From Fidelibacterota bacterium (lineage in GTDB: Bacteria; Fidelibacterota; UBA8477; JABMPR01), in the NCBI GenBank assembly GCA_013203185.1, contig JABMOS010000028.1, forward strand, positions 2,292 through 66,291: a stretch of DNA of 64,000 nucleotides, in the 5' to 3' direction. A program made the position numbers and the translations under genes. The notes under the pieces are model-generated. The model was not told the origin of the DNA. It worked only from the letters and a program-made list of their open reading frames with translations, and did not search any database. Position 1 is the stretch's first letter, and the number at the start of each line of letters is the position of its first letter. Below, piece by piece: positions 38,067 to 48,304 of this stretch.

Positions 38067-39134
38067 ATGGAAAGCAAGAACATGTCCGAACAGCAAGAAA
38101 TATCCCTTTCCATTCTTAAGAAACGCTGGCTGAAGTTTAAAACGCTGAGGCGTGGCTATTACTCATTTATCATCATCTTAACGCTCTATATTCTGTCCTG
38201 GTTTTTGCCTATTCTCATCAACAACCGAGCACTGGTCGTCAGTTATGAGGGTGATTTGTATTTTCCAGTGTTCTCTGGTTATCATGCTGGATCTGTATTT
38301 CATCAAGATGTTCCTGGCGAAGCTGTCTATCGAGAGCTCAAGGCCGAGTGGAAGCAGGCTGATAGTGAGAACTGGCTAATCATGCCACCCTATCCCTACA
38401 GTCCATATGAAGACATAACTGTACAGGGCAACAAGATGTTTGAAGAACCCAGCAGTACACACTGGCTAGGTACGGACAACACCGGGAGGGATGTCTTCTC
38501 GCGTCTGTGTTATGCATTTAATATCTCCATCTCCTTCGCCTTGATCCTCTCCACCCTCAATTACTTCATTGGTATCCTCATTGGTGGAAGTATGGGGTAT
38601 TTTGGAGGAAAATTTGATCTCATTTTCCAGCGGTTGATCGAAATCTGGTCCAGCCTGCCCATGTTATTTGTGATCATCATTATCAGTTCCATTATTCGCC
38701 CAACCTTCTTTTTGCTGATCTTTATTTACACCATTGTGAACTGGATCGGTATGACCTACCTGATGAGGGCAGAATTCTATCGTGAAAAATCAAAGGATTA
38801 TGTGGCTGCCGCACTTTCAATGGGTCAAACCAATTTCAAGGTCATGTTCAAACATATTTTACCCAATTCACTGGTTCCAGTAATAACCTACTTCCCGTTT
38901 TCAGTGGTCGGTGGGATCACAGCCCTGGTTAGTCTGGACTATTTAGGCTTTGGCATGCCACCACCAACCCCCAGTTGGGGACAGATGCTAGATGTGGGTC
39001 TCTCTAATATCCCTAAATGGTGGATGGTTTTTGCCCCGGTCTCAGCACAATTCGTAACGCTTATCATGGTTGTCTTTATCGGGGAGGCTGTTCGTGAAGC
39101 CTTTGACCCCAAAGTATATTCGAGGTTGCGATGA
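38067..39134 (+). CDS. Peptide ABC transporter permease (OppC/DppC/YejE-like)
   Basis: ATG at 38067 (MESKNMSEQ...). N-terminal OppC_N-like region plus BPD_transp_1 core. The ORF-track start at 38004 is an upstream alternative. Confidence 0.85.
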   Translation: MESKNMSEQQEISLSILKKRWLKFKTLRRGYYSFIIILTLYILSWFLPILINNRALVVSYEGDLYFPVFSGYHAGSVFHQDVPGEAVYRELKAEWKQADSENWLIMPPYPYSPYEDITVQGNKMFEEPSSTHWLGTDNTGRDVFSRLCYAFNISISFALILSTLNYFIGILIGGSMGYFGGKFDLIFQRLIEIWSSLPMLFVIIIISSIIRPTFFLLIFIYTIVNWIGMTYLMRAEFYREKSKDYVAAALSMGQTNFKVMFKHILPNSLVPVITYFPFSVVGGITALVSLDYLGFGMPPPTPSWGQMLDVGLSNIPKWWMVFAPVSAQFVTLIMVVFIGEAVREAFDPKVYSRLR

Positions 39135-40609
39135 GTCGGGTAAAACTTGTTGAGGTTAAGGGTTTAAAAACCCGCTTTAATGTTGGTGGGGAGTGGGCCA
39201 CGGCAGTAGATGGTGTCAGTTTTGATATCTATGAAGGCGAGACTCTAGGTATCGTAGGTGAGTCCGGGTCAGGTAAATCGGTCTCAGTTCTGTCTTTGAT
39301 TCAATTGATTCCGAACCCACCAGGTGAAGTCTTTGACGGTGAAATTATTTTCAAGGGTGAAAAAATATTTGATGCCGATGATCTGGCTGCTGTCCGAAAA
39401 GTTTCACAGTTTAAATATTTCCAATTTATTCCCGAGGCAAAACGTAATCAGGGTGCAGGTCTATTCTTTGTGCTCTGGGTTTTGCTGTATTCTCAGCTTC
39501 CCATAACAGGTTTGCTCTGGGGAATTTTAGCTTTGATCGTCGGTCTGTCGGTCATGGTTCATCTCTTTTACAATTCACCACTTTCAAAAGCGATGGCTGA
39601 ATTCAGAGAAAAGATATACAGTCGTATGTGGGATATCCGTGGCTCAGAAATCGCAATGATTTTCCAGGAACCCATGACATCGCTCAATCCCGTTTTTACT
39701 ATCGGGATGCAGGTCATGGAATCCATTCGACCGACACCGATTATAGATTCGATCAAGGCCTGGTTTATCAGTCGCTCAAAAAGCCTTAAGGGATACTCCC
39801 GAAAGAGTCGTGCCCAGACATCAGTAGCTTTTGGCGTCATCGTGCTTGTTTTCTCCCAGCTCGCCTCGGGATGGAGTTTTGCACCCGGTGCCATGGTTAC
39901 AGCCATGGTGATTGGAAGTCTGGTACCTACGATTGTGGCATATTTGATTATTGGAATGAATCAAATAATCAGTGATGACTTCAAAGCATACCATCAAAAA
40001 CTATTTGATGATGCAGTAAAATTGCTGAATACTGTGGGTATTCCAGATGCAGAACGACGGATGGGGGATTATCCTCATCAATTTTCAGGGGGAATGCGCC
40101 AACGGGTGATGATTGCCATGGCCCTGGCTAAGAATCCATCTCTGCTCATTGCCGATGAGCCAACCACAGCACTGGATGTAACCATTCAAGCTCAGATTCT
40201 GGACCTGATGTTGGACCTTAAAAAGTATAACACTGAAGCCGCTGTGGTTTTGATTACCCATGATCTTGCTGTTGTGGCCGAGACCTGTGAGCGGGTTATT
40301 GTGATGTACGGTGGAGTCATTCAGGAGAATGCTGAAGTGAATGATCTATTTAGTAGACCCTTGCATCCCTATACACGTGGATTGCTGAATTCAATTCCCA
40401 GGCCTGAAAAACACTCTAAACGAGAACGGCTGGAGACGATCCCGGGCATGGTCCCCAATATTCTGGATTTACCAGTAGGGTGTAAATTTTGTACGCGATG
40501 TACGGTCAAGTTAGATAAATGTGATACAGTAGAACCGCCACTTCAGGAGATTACTCCAGGTCATTTTGTACGCTGTTTTGTGACCCAGGAAGAGCAGGTG
40601 TCAGCATGA
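39131..40609 (+). CDS. Peptide ABC transporter ATP-binding protein (OppD-like) with two inserted hydrophobic segments
   Basis: Walker [10 protein letters not shown]-loop MIFQEP, signature FSGGMRQR, Walker [13 protein letters not shown]-terminal oligopeptide-ATPase domain. At 492 aa it is about 150 aa longer than canonical OppD. Confidence 0.85.
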   Translation: MSRVKLVEVKGLKTRFNVGGEWATAVDGVSFDIYEGETLGIVGESGSGKSVSVLSLIQLIPNPPGEVFDGEIIFKGEKIFDADDLAAVRKVSQFKYFQFIPEAKRNQGAGLFFVLWVLLYSQLPITGLLWGILALIVGLSVMVHLFYNSPLSKAMAEFREKIYSRMWDIRGSEIAMIFQEPMTSLNPVFTIGMQVMESIRPTPIIDSIKAWFISRSKSLKGYSRKSRAQTSVAFGVIVLVFSQLASGWSFAPGAMVTAMVIGSLVPTIVAYLIIGMNQIISDDFKAYHQKLFDDAVKLLNTVGIPDAERRMGDYPHQFSGGMRQRVMIAMALAKNPSLLIADEPTTALDVTIQAQILDLMLDLKKYNTEAAVVLITHDLAVVAETCERVIVMYGGVIQENAEVNDLFSRPLHPYTRGLLNSIPRPEKHSKRERLETIPGMVPNILDLPVGCKFCTRCTVKLDKCDTVEPPLQEITPGHFVRCFVTQEEQVSA

Positions 40610-41616
40610 GCAATAACACACTGGTGGATGTAAAAAACCTGTCGGTACACTTTCCTGTGTATGGTGGTGTCTTTTCAAAAAGAATTGCCACTGTGAAGGC
40701 CGTGGATGGTATCAATTTTTCAATCGACCGGAAGCAAATTGTTGGTATGGTTGGAGAATCCGGCTGTGGCAAGACCACCGTTGGAAGAGCCATGATCAAC
40801 ATCCTGCGTCATGTCGCCCCAGGTGTTGAAATCGGCGGCAGTATTGAATATCATTTCGGCGATGAAGTGGTCGATTTTGCCAAATTAAGCTCCAGTGAAG
40901 TGAGGAAATATCGATCCAGAGTTCAAATGATTTTTCAAGATCCCTATGCCTCACTTAATCCACGAATGACAGTTGCACAAATTATCAGTGAGCCCCTGCA
41001 GCTTCATACCGACATGAACAATAAAGAACAAACAGAACGCGTGGGCTGGTTATTGAATAAGGTTGGTTTGCAGCCTGAACAAGCTAAACGATATCCCCAT
41101 GAATTTTCAGGTGGTCAGAGACAGCGTGTTGGAATTGCCCGTGCGCTGGCCACAAATCCTGATCTCATTATCTGTGACGAACCGGTTTCAGCCCTTGATG
41201 TTTCCATTCAAGCCCAGGTGATCAATTTGATGCTGGATCTTCAGGAGGAATTTGATGTTTCCTACCTGTTTATTGCCCACGATCTTTCCGTAGTCGAACA
41301 TATTTCAGATAAAATTGCAGTGATGTATCTGGGAGATATGGCAGAATATGGCAATGCCCAGGATGTGTACCATCATCCAAGGCACCCCTATAGTAAAGCA
41401 TTGTTGTCTGCAGTTCCCTTGCCTGATCCAAGTCGCAAAAACAGAAAAAGGATCGTGTTGCAGGGAGATGTCCCAACACCCCTAAATAAACCAAGCGGCT
41501 GTGCATTCAGAACACGCTGTCCTATCGCTCAACCCTCGTGTGCAGAATCAAAACCGGAGTTTAAGGAACAAGCCAAAGATCATTTTGTCGCTTGCCCCCT
41601 GGTAGAGGACAATTAA
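40606..41616 (+). CDS. Peptide ABC transporter ATP-binding protein (OppF-like)
   Basis: Walker A GESGCGKTT, signature FSGGQRQR, Walker B ICDEPVSALD, C-terminal oligo domain. Confidence 0.9.
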   Translation: MSNNTLVDVKNLSVHFPVYGGVFSKRIATVKAVDGINFSIDRKQIVGMVGESGCGKTTVGRAMINILRHVAPGVEIGGSIEYHFGDEVVDFAKLSSSEVRKYRSRVQMIFQDPYASLNPRMTVAQIISEPLQLHTDMNNKEQTERVGWLLNKVGLQPEQAKRYPHEFSGGQRQRVGIARALATNPDLIICDEPVSALDVSIQAQVINLMLDLQEEFDVSYLFIAHDLSVVEHISDKIAVMYLGDMAEYGNAQDVYHHPRHPYSKALLSAVPLPDPSRKNRKRIVLQGDVPTPLNKPSGCAFRTRCPIAQPSCAESKPEFKEQAKDHFVACPLVEDN

Positions 41617-41625
41617 ATCTCAGGT

Positions 41626-42378
41626 ATGGAAATGGTGTCTGAGCCACTAAAACTGGCAATAGTAACTGGAACCAGTTCTGGCATCGGAGCGGGCCTGACT
41701 CAGGCTTTGTTGGATGAAAATTGGGTGGTTGTGGGGCTAGCCCGTCGAAATGTGGATCTTCAATCTCCTCACTATACGCATATCAGGGCTGATTTGTCAG
41801 ACATACCATTCATTGCAGAACAAGTATTTCCAGACCTTATTCAAAAGCTACATCAGTCCACCTGGGAGCGTATTGCTCTGGTTAATAATGCTGCTGCTAT
41901 TGGTTCTTTAAAGGGGCTGGGTGAGATCTCCCCACAGGAACTAACGACTGTATATAATGTGAATGTAATTGCAGCCGGGATTTTCATGGGACTGGTCAGC
42001 AAGCATGTTCCAGATAACACGTGGCTCAGGATTCTGAATGTTTCCACAGGCGCTGTTCATCGAGGGATTCCTGGCTTGGCAGATTACGCTGGCAGTAAAG
42101 CAGCCTTGCGTCTCACAGGCATGACCCTGGCAAGTGAATTTGAGCAGTTCAGGCGGTCTAAGGCAGCCATCCTAAGTTATGAACCCGGCATTGTGGATAC
42201 TGAAATGCAGGTCACGGCGAGAACCTCTACCGAAGGATTTCCTTCTCAGAAGATATTTCAAGGCTTTCATTCCAGCGGGTCTTTGCAGCCGGTCAGTGCG
42301 GTGATCATAGAGATGCTAAAGTTCCTGGGTGATGTTGATAGTCCCTCGTTTACCGAATCACGTTTTGTAGCGTCCTAA
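41626..42378 (+). CDS. Short-chain dehydrogenase/reductase (SDR) family oxidoreductase
   Basis: TGTSSGIG glycine motif, Y..SK catalytic region (YAGSKAA). Confidence 0.8.
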   Translation: MEMVSEPLKLAIVTGTSSGIGAGLTQALLDENWVVVGLARRNVDLQSPHYTHIRADLSDIPFIAEQVFPDLIQKLHQSTWERIALVNNAAAIGSLKGLGEISPQELTTVYNVNVIAAGIFMGLVSKHVPDNTWLRILNVSTGAVHRGIPGLADYAGSKAALRLTGMTLASEFEQFRRSKAAILSYEPGIVDTEMQVTARTSTEGFPSQKIFQGFHSSGSLQPVSAVIIEMLKFLGDVDSPSFTESRFVAS

Positions 42379-42385
42379 TCTTCTT

Positions 42386-42853
42386 CTAGCTCTTTCGAGC
42401 CTTTCGCAGACTTTTAACCGCTTTCACTTTTTCAATAAATGTTTTCATGGGCAGTGATGCGATGGTCTTTGCTATTAATTCAAGTGGCAGATCATCCAGT
42501 TTTTTAAAACGCACACATGATTTGCCCAGATCCATTCGTTTTCCTGTTTCTTTATAGGCCTTATGAAAGCTCTTGGCTTTGTCCTCAAACATATAAATGC
42601 CTGATAAATATACGGCCATATGATTTTTTTGGGAGGCCAGAGCGGCATAAAGGAGTGGCTCCTTGTTGTAAGTGTCCGGGTAAACACCCAGAGGAACCTC
42701 ATAGGTGATCATTCCCCAATTCATGGATTCCACATAACCCTCTGGCAGGTTGGCAAGGATGACCTCTCTAACTTGAGTAATTTGTGATACCCTGTCTTCA
42801 GGCAATTCACTTAAATATGCTTCTATGGTTGTGGCTTTGGATTGCATTTTCAA
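42386..42853 (-). CDS. DUF1801 (YdhG-like) domain protein
   Basis: 155 aa with a conserved DUF1801-like pattern (ATIEAYLSELPEDR...). No further function inferred. Confidence 0.5.
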   Translation of the reverse strand: MKMQSKATTIEAYLSELPEDRVSQITQVREVILANLPEGYVESMNWGMITYEVPLGVYPDTYNKEPLLYAALASQKNHMAVYLSGIYMFEDKAKSFHKAYKETGKRMDLGKSCVRFKKLDDLPLELIAKTIASLPMKTFIEKVKAVKSLRKARKS

Positions 42854-43015
42854 TACCTTTTCTATTCAGGAGACTAGCCAGGGATAGAGTCTCTGACAAA
42901 ACGAACTGTTAATCTTGCTTCCAATATTTGGAATCACGCCTAAATTTGCGCCCAATACGGTTGAAGAAAACCAAAATTTATTATTCTAGTAGAATTGTAA
43001 ATATCATACGAAAGG

Positions 43016-44491
43016 TTGCCCCGGAAGTTTTCAATGAAGAAAAGAATTTATCTCATCGCACTTGTTTTAGTCTGGCTTTTCCTGTCTGGTCGCCTTTTCT
43101 ATATGACTTACTTTCACGGGGGATCTGGATCTTACCTATCACTGGCCTCGGGTATGCGCGAACTGCCCAGCGAATCGGAGTGGATGAATATATTTCTCGA
43201 TGGCAAAAAAATGGGACATACGGTATACTCCATTGAAAATCAGGGTGCCAATGGCTATACCATCAAAAGTTCAAGCAACTTGAATGTGGTTTTTGGTGGC
43301 CTGGAGTCAGAAATTCACCTCGAAAATTCTGCTATAATGGATACATCCTTCAGACTTCAAGCCTTCAGTTTCTGGATGGTATCCGATCAATATACAACCC
43401 ACGTCCAGGGGCAAAAATACGGCACAACAATGGCGTTGGAATTCATTCAGGGCAAGGATACCACCCGAACTGAATTAACGGTACCCCAGGATTTGTACAC
43501 ATATACTGCCATTCAACCCATGATTGCAAGCAAGGGAATTCTAGAGGGGCAAACTGTCAGAGTACCAGCCTATGACGCCATGTCCAATGAGATGGCAGAC
43601 GTGACCATTACCCACGAAGGCAAGGAATTCGTAACTGTTGCTGGTGAGAAACACTTTTTGAACAAGCTCCGTATTGAGTTTAAAAGTATACCTTCCATTA
43701 TGTGGCTGGACGATAATGGAATTACCTACAAGGAAGAAACCATCATGGGGATGATGATGGAGAGAACCACACCAGAATTAGCCTTGGCTAAGTCTGAGGC
43801 AGGTCAAGTTGATTTATTAAATGGTTTTGCTGTGATCCCCAGCTACCCCATCTCCAACACGAAGAAGCTAAAAGAGCTAAAAATTGGTCTGTCTGGTGTC
43901 ACACCCGATGTCCTGGTCGGACTATCATCTGAGCGACAGAAAATTGTGAGTGAAGATCCATTCGTCGTCGCCTTAAGTCAAGCAGCCACGCCTTTGAATC
44001 CTGACGAACAAGGCCTCCACCTGAAAGCGTCAGATATGGTCCAGAGTGATCACGAGGTAATTCGTGAAAAGGCTATTCAGATTTTAGGAGGTGAGAAAAA
44101 AGCCATCGCCATTAGTCATACTCTGACCAAGTGGGTATATAACTATCTGGAGAAAAAGCCAGTAGCCAGTATTTCGGGTGCCGTGGATATTCTCAATACT
44201 GGGGTAGGAGATTGTACAGAACATACCACGCTTTATACTGCTCTAAGTCGAGCTGCAGGTGTTCCCACCAAGATTCATATAGGGTTGGTCTATCTCCAGG
44301 GGCGCTTCCTGTTCCATGCTTGGCCCGTAGTTGCCATAGATGGTGAGTGGGTAGATGTAGACCCCAGTCTGAATCAATTCCCTGCTGATGCCACGCATAT
44401 CGCTCTGGTTGAAGGTGATTTTGAGAATCTGACCAATCTTATTCCTGTTCTGGGTAATGTTGAAATAGAGATTCTTGAACAAGTTTATTAA
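43016..44491 (+). CDS. Transglutaminase-like cysteine-protease superfamily protein with an N-terminal membrane anchor
   Basis: N-terminal TM segment. C-terminal transglutaminase core GDCTEHTTLYTALSRAAGVPTKIHIGLVYL...FHAWP...D (Cys-His-Asp). Confidence 0.75.
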   Translation: MPRKFSMKKRIYLIALVLVWLFLSGRLFYMTYFHGGSGSYLSLASGMRELPSESEWMNIFLDGKKMGHTVYSIENQGANGYTIKSSSNLNVVFGGLESEIHLENSAIMDTSFRLQAFSFWMVSDQYTTHVQGQKYGTTMALEFIQGKDTTRTELTVPQDLYTYTAIQPMIASKGILEGQTVRVPAYDAMSNEMADVTITHEGKEFVTVAGEKHFLNKLRIEFKSIPSIMWLDDNGITYKEETIMGMMMERTTPELALAKSEAGQVDLLNGFAVIPSYPISNTKKLKELKIGLSGVTPDVLVGLSSERQKIVSEDPFVVALSQAATPLNPDEQGLHLKASDMVQSDHEVIREKAIQILGGEKKAIAISHTLTKWVYNYLEKKPVASISGAVDILNTGVGDCTEHTTLYTALSRAAGVPTKIHIGLVYLQGRFLFHAWPVVAIDGEWVDVDPSLNQFPADATHIALVEGDFENLTNLIPVLGNVEIEILEQVY

Positions 44492-44548
44492 GTCTCAATT
44501 AGTAGAACTGTCAATATCTTTGAATTTTATCCTCAAGACCCCTGCCCC

Positions 44549-45718
44549 ATGTTTTTAATAGATGGACCCTACGTTTCTGACTACCTAAAACAGACGCTTC
44601 AAAACCTCAAAATCCCAATTATTCAAACCGCATATGCACAACAGGCATTGGCGGGATATGAGGTAAAATTCGTGACTGAGCGTCAGGCAGTTCAGGCCTT
44701 TGATGTGCAGAGCGAGTTTTACACAAACTCTGAAAATGCACTGGAATGGATTCTAAGCCAGTTCCCATCAAGCGCGCTTGCAGTTACCATTGGACAGGTG
44801 AAGGATAAGGTGCGCTTCAGGGATGTTTTATCTGAGCTTCATCCTGCATACTACTACAGGGCCTGCCCGTATTCTGAGTTAGAGAAATTTGATCCAGACT
44901 CAATTCCATTTCCCATCATCCTGAAACCTTCAATTGGCTTTTTTAGTTTGGGTGTTCAAAGGATAGAGGATAAAAAACAGTGGAAGAGCACGCTATCCAA
45001 ACTTGACGAACTTATTGGCAGCTATGAGGATATTTACCCCACAGGGGTTCTAGACAACAACACCTTTATTGTGGAAGCAGTAATTCCCGGCGATGAATTT
45101 GCAGTAGACTGTTATTATGATGATCAGGGGCAGGTTGTCATTTTGAATATGATGAAACATCTATTTGCCTCTGGGGACGATGTGAATGATCGAGTATATG
45201 TCACCTCTGCAGCTATTGTAGAGCAGTATTTGACCCCCATCCAGAGATATTTGAACCAGCTTGGATCACTTTTTAACCTGAAGCATTTCCAGGCCCATAT
45301 TGAAATTAGAATTAATCATGATGAAATAGCAGCCATCGAGATAAATCCACTGCGTTTTGGTGGGTGGTGCTCTACTGCAGATCTTGCTCAATATGCCTGG
45401 GGCATGAACATCTACGAGGCCTTGGTCACCAAATCCAAGCCAGACTGGACCGAGCTGGTTCTGCGTGCTCCATCACGGGTGTATGCTCTCATTGTGTTAA
45501 ACAATAGCACCGGTGTACCCGGCACTGAAATTGTCAATTTTGATTATGATAGGCTGCTGGAAAATATTCAGAATCCACTGGAACTGCGCAAAACGGACTT
45601 TACCAGATTCCCCCTATTTGGTTTTCTCATGTGCCAGGTTCCGGCAAACAATTTATTTGAATTAGAGCGGCTGCTTCATTCAGACCTGAGCGAGTTTATC
45701 ACCACTTACTCCGGGTAG
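44549..45718 (+). CDS. ATP-grasp domain protein
   Basis: FPIILKPSIGFFSLGVQRI and E..I.G.EFAVD match ATP-grasp nucleotide-binding and central-domain patterns. 389 aa. Confidence 0.6.
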   Translation: MFLIDGPYVSDYLKQTLQNLKIPIIQTAYAQQALAGYEVKFVTERQAVQAFDVQSEFYTNSENALEWILSQFPSSALAVTIGQVKDKVRFRDVLSELHPAYYYRACPYSELEKFDPDSIPFPIILKPSIGFFSLGVQRIEDKKQWKSTLSKLDELIGSYEDIYPTGVLDNNTFIVEAVIPGDEFAVDCYYDDQGQVVILNMMKHLFASGDDVNDRVYVTSAAIVEQYLTPIQRYLNQLGSLFNLKHFQAHIEIRINHDEIAAIEINPLRFGGWCSTADLAQYAWGMNIYEALVTKSKPDWTELVLRAPSRVYALIVLNNSTGVPGTEIVNFDYDRLLENIQNPLELRKTDFTRFPLFGFLMCQVPANNLFELERLLHSDLSEFITTYSG

Positions 45719-46995
45719 TAATTCTTTATTCTATTTTTCTGAGCTTCAATAGCTTCACTCAAGTCATCCTCTGAGAACGCTTGTTTTTGCTGTAGAATCC
45801 AGAGGATTCTCTCCTCAGCGATCCTGGCTCGAGGATGAACGATTTGAAGCTCCAGGCTTAACTGGTAGAGGTGTAGCGCTGAATCAATCTGACCCATGAG
45901 GTGTGCAGAGGGTTCAATATTTTCCCCATGAATTTGGTTGAAAAGGACTTCGGCTTCCTTAAATGCCTCAAACCAATTCTCAAGGGAATACCATTCATAT
46001 CCAGCTGCAGTAAAAAAACTAAAGGGAGCTGGATGCATGGCGTTGCCTTGAATATTCCGGGCGAAAACTTGGAAGGAAACACTGTTTTCGGTCGAGGAAT
46101 CTGGTGTTGCAGTGAGAATGCCTGAATTCGAATCCCAGTGGGATTGAAGTTGTACCCCATCCTGAAAAATCATGAAGCTGTTTTCTTCAAAGAATGTATT
46201 GCCAAAACCATCGTCAAGTTCGAATTCAATGGGCCGACTCAGGTCAATATACTTCAGTGAATCAGCCAGTAGACAGGTGGCGAAGGGGGTTCCACGATTA
46301 AAATATTCCAGAATAGCCTGATAGTAGATGTCTGCTTCCAGCTTATTATAATCCTTTGATTTAAGCCGTCCCTCACCGGCGGGATTAGTAAAAAACCCAG
46401 CCTCTCCAATAACCCCTGGCATATCACCAATAGTGTTTCTCAAAACCGATGTACCAGAGCTATAAATAAGATGATCACTGTAGACGGCGCCATCTTGCTG
46501 CTGCCTGAAGATCAATCCGGCACGCAAGCTGTCAATGAGAATTTTTGCAAAATCGACTGAAGCGGGATTCAGTATTGCTGAGCCATAAAAATAGACGATG
46601 GGTAGGTCAATAGAGGGGTCATTTTGTGACCCATTGTGGTGGATGGAAACAAATAGATCACTCCCATGTTGCTTGGCCAGGGCGGCTCTTCCACCCAGGC
46701 TCACATCTCGATCTTTGGTGCGGGTCATAAGCACATTGGCACCAGCCAGGGTCAACTTACGGGAGAGTATCTTGGCAACTCTCAGATTAATCCACTCTTC
46801 ACGTTCTCCTGTAGGTCCAATTCGGAAAGAATCATAGGCCTCTGTTGCTCCATGTCCAGGATCAATAGTAATGTTGACCCCCTTTAAGGGTTGGTCTTCA
46901 GTAAGCATGGATTGAGTTCCCACGCAAGCTGATAGCACCAGGCCGACGAAAATAATAATTGCAATTTTTTGGTACATATTGACCTCGTTATTCAA
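45706..46995 (-). CDS. N-acetylmuramoyl-L-alanine amidase (Amidase_3) lipoprotein with a C-terminal extra domain
   Basis: Lipobox LSAC. The motif ITIDPGHGATE with downstream H and E residues fits the Amidase_3 zinc site. Its 3' end overlaps the convergent ATP-grasp gene by 13 nt. Confidence 0.8.
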   Translation of the reverse strand: MNNEVNMYQKIAIIIFVGLVLSACVGTQSMLTEDQPLKGVNITIDPGHGATEAYDSFRIGPTGEREEWINLRVAKILSRKLTLAGANVLMTRTKDRDVSLGGRAALAKQHGSDLFVSIHHNGSQNDPSIDLPIVYFYGSAILNPASVDFAKILIDSLRAGLIFRQQQDGAVYSDHLIYSSGTSVLRNTIGDMPGVIGEAGFFTNPAGEGRLKSKDYNKLEADIYYQAILEYFNRGTPFATCLLADSLKYIDLSRPIEFELDDGFGNTFFEENSFMIFQDGVQLQSHWDSNSGILTATPDSSTENSVSFQVFARNIQGNAMHPAPFSFFTAAGYEWYSLENWFEAFKEAEVLFNQIHGENIEPSAHLMGQIDSALHLYQLSLELQIVHPRARIAEERILWILQQKQAFSEDDLSEAIEAQKNRIKNYYPE

Positions 46996-47047
46996 GGATG
47001 ACAGGAGTGTTTGTCGCTAGCCTATAATATGATCATGAAAGGGGAAG

Positions 47048-47086
47048 CCTATAAAAGAAAATCCCCGCTGAAAAATTAACGGGGAT
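47048..47086 (-). terminator. Rho-independent terminator (minus strand) after the PLP-enzyme gene
   Basis: Minus-strand read: ATCCCCGttaatttttcagCGGGGATtttctttt. Confidence 0.55.
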
Positions 47087-47113
47087 AGATAAAAAAGAAG
47101 CAGAGATAGTCGT

Positions 47114-48304
47114 TTAGATTAAAGCGAGAGCCTGTTCCAGATCAGCCTGTAAATCCTCGACATCTTCAGTTCCAATGGCGAAACGAATCAAGCCATCTGT
47201 GATTCCAGCAGCAACCCGTTCTTCTTCAGGGATATTTGCATGGGTCATGGAAGCCGGGTGCTGGATGAGTGATTCATAACCACCGAGCGAAACAGCCAAC
47301 TGAGGGATGGTTACATTATTTAAAACGGTTTTTCCAGCTTCAACACCACCCCTGACCTCAAAACTGATCATAGATCCGAAACCCTTCATCTGTCGCTTGG
47401 CAAGATCATGCTGGGGATGGGACTTTAATCCAGGATAACGTACCCATTCAATCTTGGGATGAGCTTCCAGAAATTCAGCCAGTTTTTGGGCGTTCTCTTC
47501 ACCTCTCTGAACGCGCAATGAGAGGGTTCTCATGCCCCGCAACACCAACCAGCTCTGATGGGGATCCATGGTTCCACCTGTAGCATTGACTATTGATTTA
47601 ATACGATCAAAATTTTCCTGGGTTTTTGTAATAATCACGCCACCCACAACATCAGTATGTCCGTTTATATATTTGGTGATGCTATGTAGAACCACATCAG
47701 CCCCAAGATCCAGTGGGTTTTGAAGAATGGGACTCATAAAAGTATTGTCAACAACCAACAGGGCGCCGTGCTCATGAGCAATTTCCGCACAGGCTTCAAT
47801 ATCTGCAAGCTTGATGGTTGGATTGGCTGGTGTTTCAATATACAGCAACTTTGTGTTTGGCTTCATGGAGTGTCTAACAAGATCCAGGTCAGCCGTATCA
47901 ACAAAAGAGCTCTCTACGCCAAAACGACTAAATTCATTTTCAATAACCATTCTTGAAGAGCCATAAACAGCGTCAGTTCCTACCATATGGGCACCTGCCC
48001 CCAGATAGGCCATGTATACACCACAAACTGCCGCCATACCTGATGCTGTTGCGATCCCACCAACCCCGTGTTCAAGTAAGGCCACAGCCTCCTCAAATGA
48101 ATTGGTGGTTGGATTACCAATACGAGTATAGATATATCCTTTTTCTTCGCCACCAAACAGGCGAGCACCATGATCTGCATCCTGGAATTTGAAAGTTGAA
48201 GTCTGATAGATTGGTATGCCAACACTGCCGTGAACTGTGTCAGGATTTTCACCGGCATGGGTTACCCGTGTATTTATGCCTTTGTTCTTTAGGTTAAGAC
48301 TCAT
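47114..48304 (-). CDS. Cys/Met-metabolism PLP-dependent enzyme (methionine gamma-lyase / cystathionine lyase / O-acetylhomoserine sulfhydrylase family)
   Basis: N-terminal TRVTHAGE, PLP-Lys region HSITKYINGHTDVVGG. 396 aa. Confidence 0.85.
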   Translation of the reverse strand: MSLNLKNKGINTRVTHAGENPDTVHGSVGIPIYQTSTFKFQDADHGARLFGGEEKGYIYTRIGNPTTNSFEEAVALLEHGVGGIATASGMAAVCGVYMAYLGAGAHMVGTDAVYGSSRMVIENEFSRFGVESSFVDTADLDLVRHSMKPNTKLLYIETPANPTIKLADIEACAEIAHEHGALLVVDNTFMSPILQNPLDLGADVVLHSITKYINGHTDVVGGVIITKTQENFDRIKSIVNATGGTMDPHQSWLVLRGMRTLSLRVQRGEENAQKLAEFLEAHPKIEWVRYPGLKSHPQHDLAKRQMKGFGSMISFEVRGGVEAGKTVLNNVTIPQLAVSLGGYESLIQHPASMTHANIPEEERVAAGITDGLIRFAIGTEDVEDLQADLEQALALI

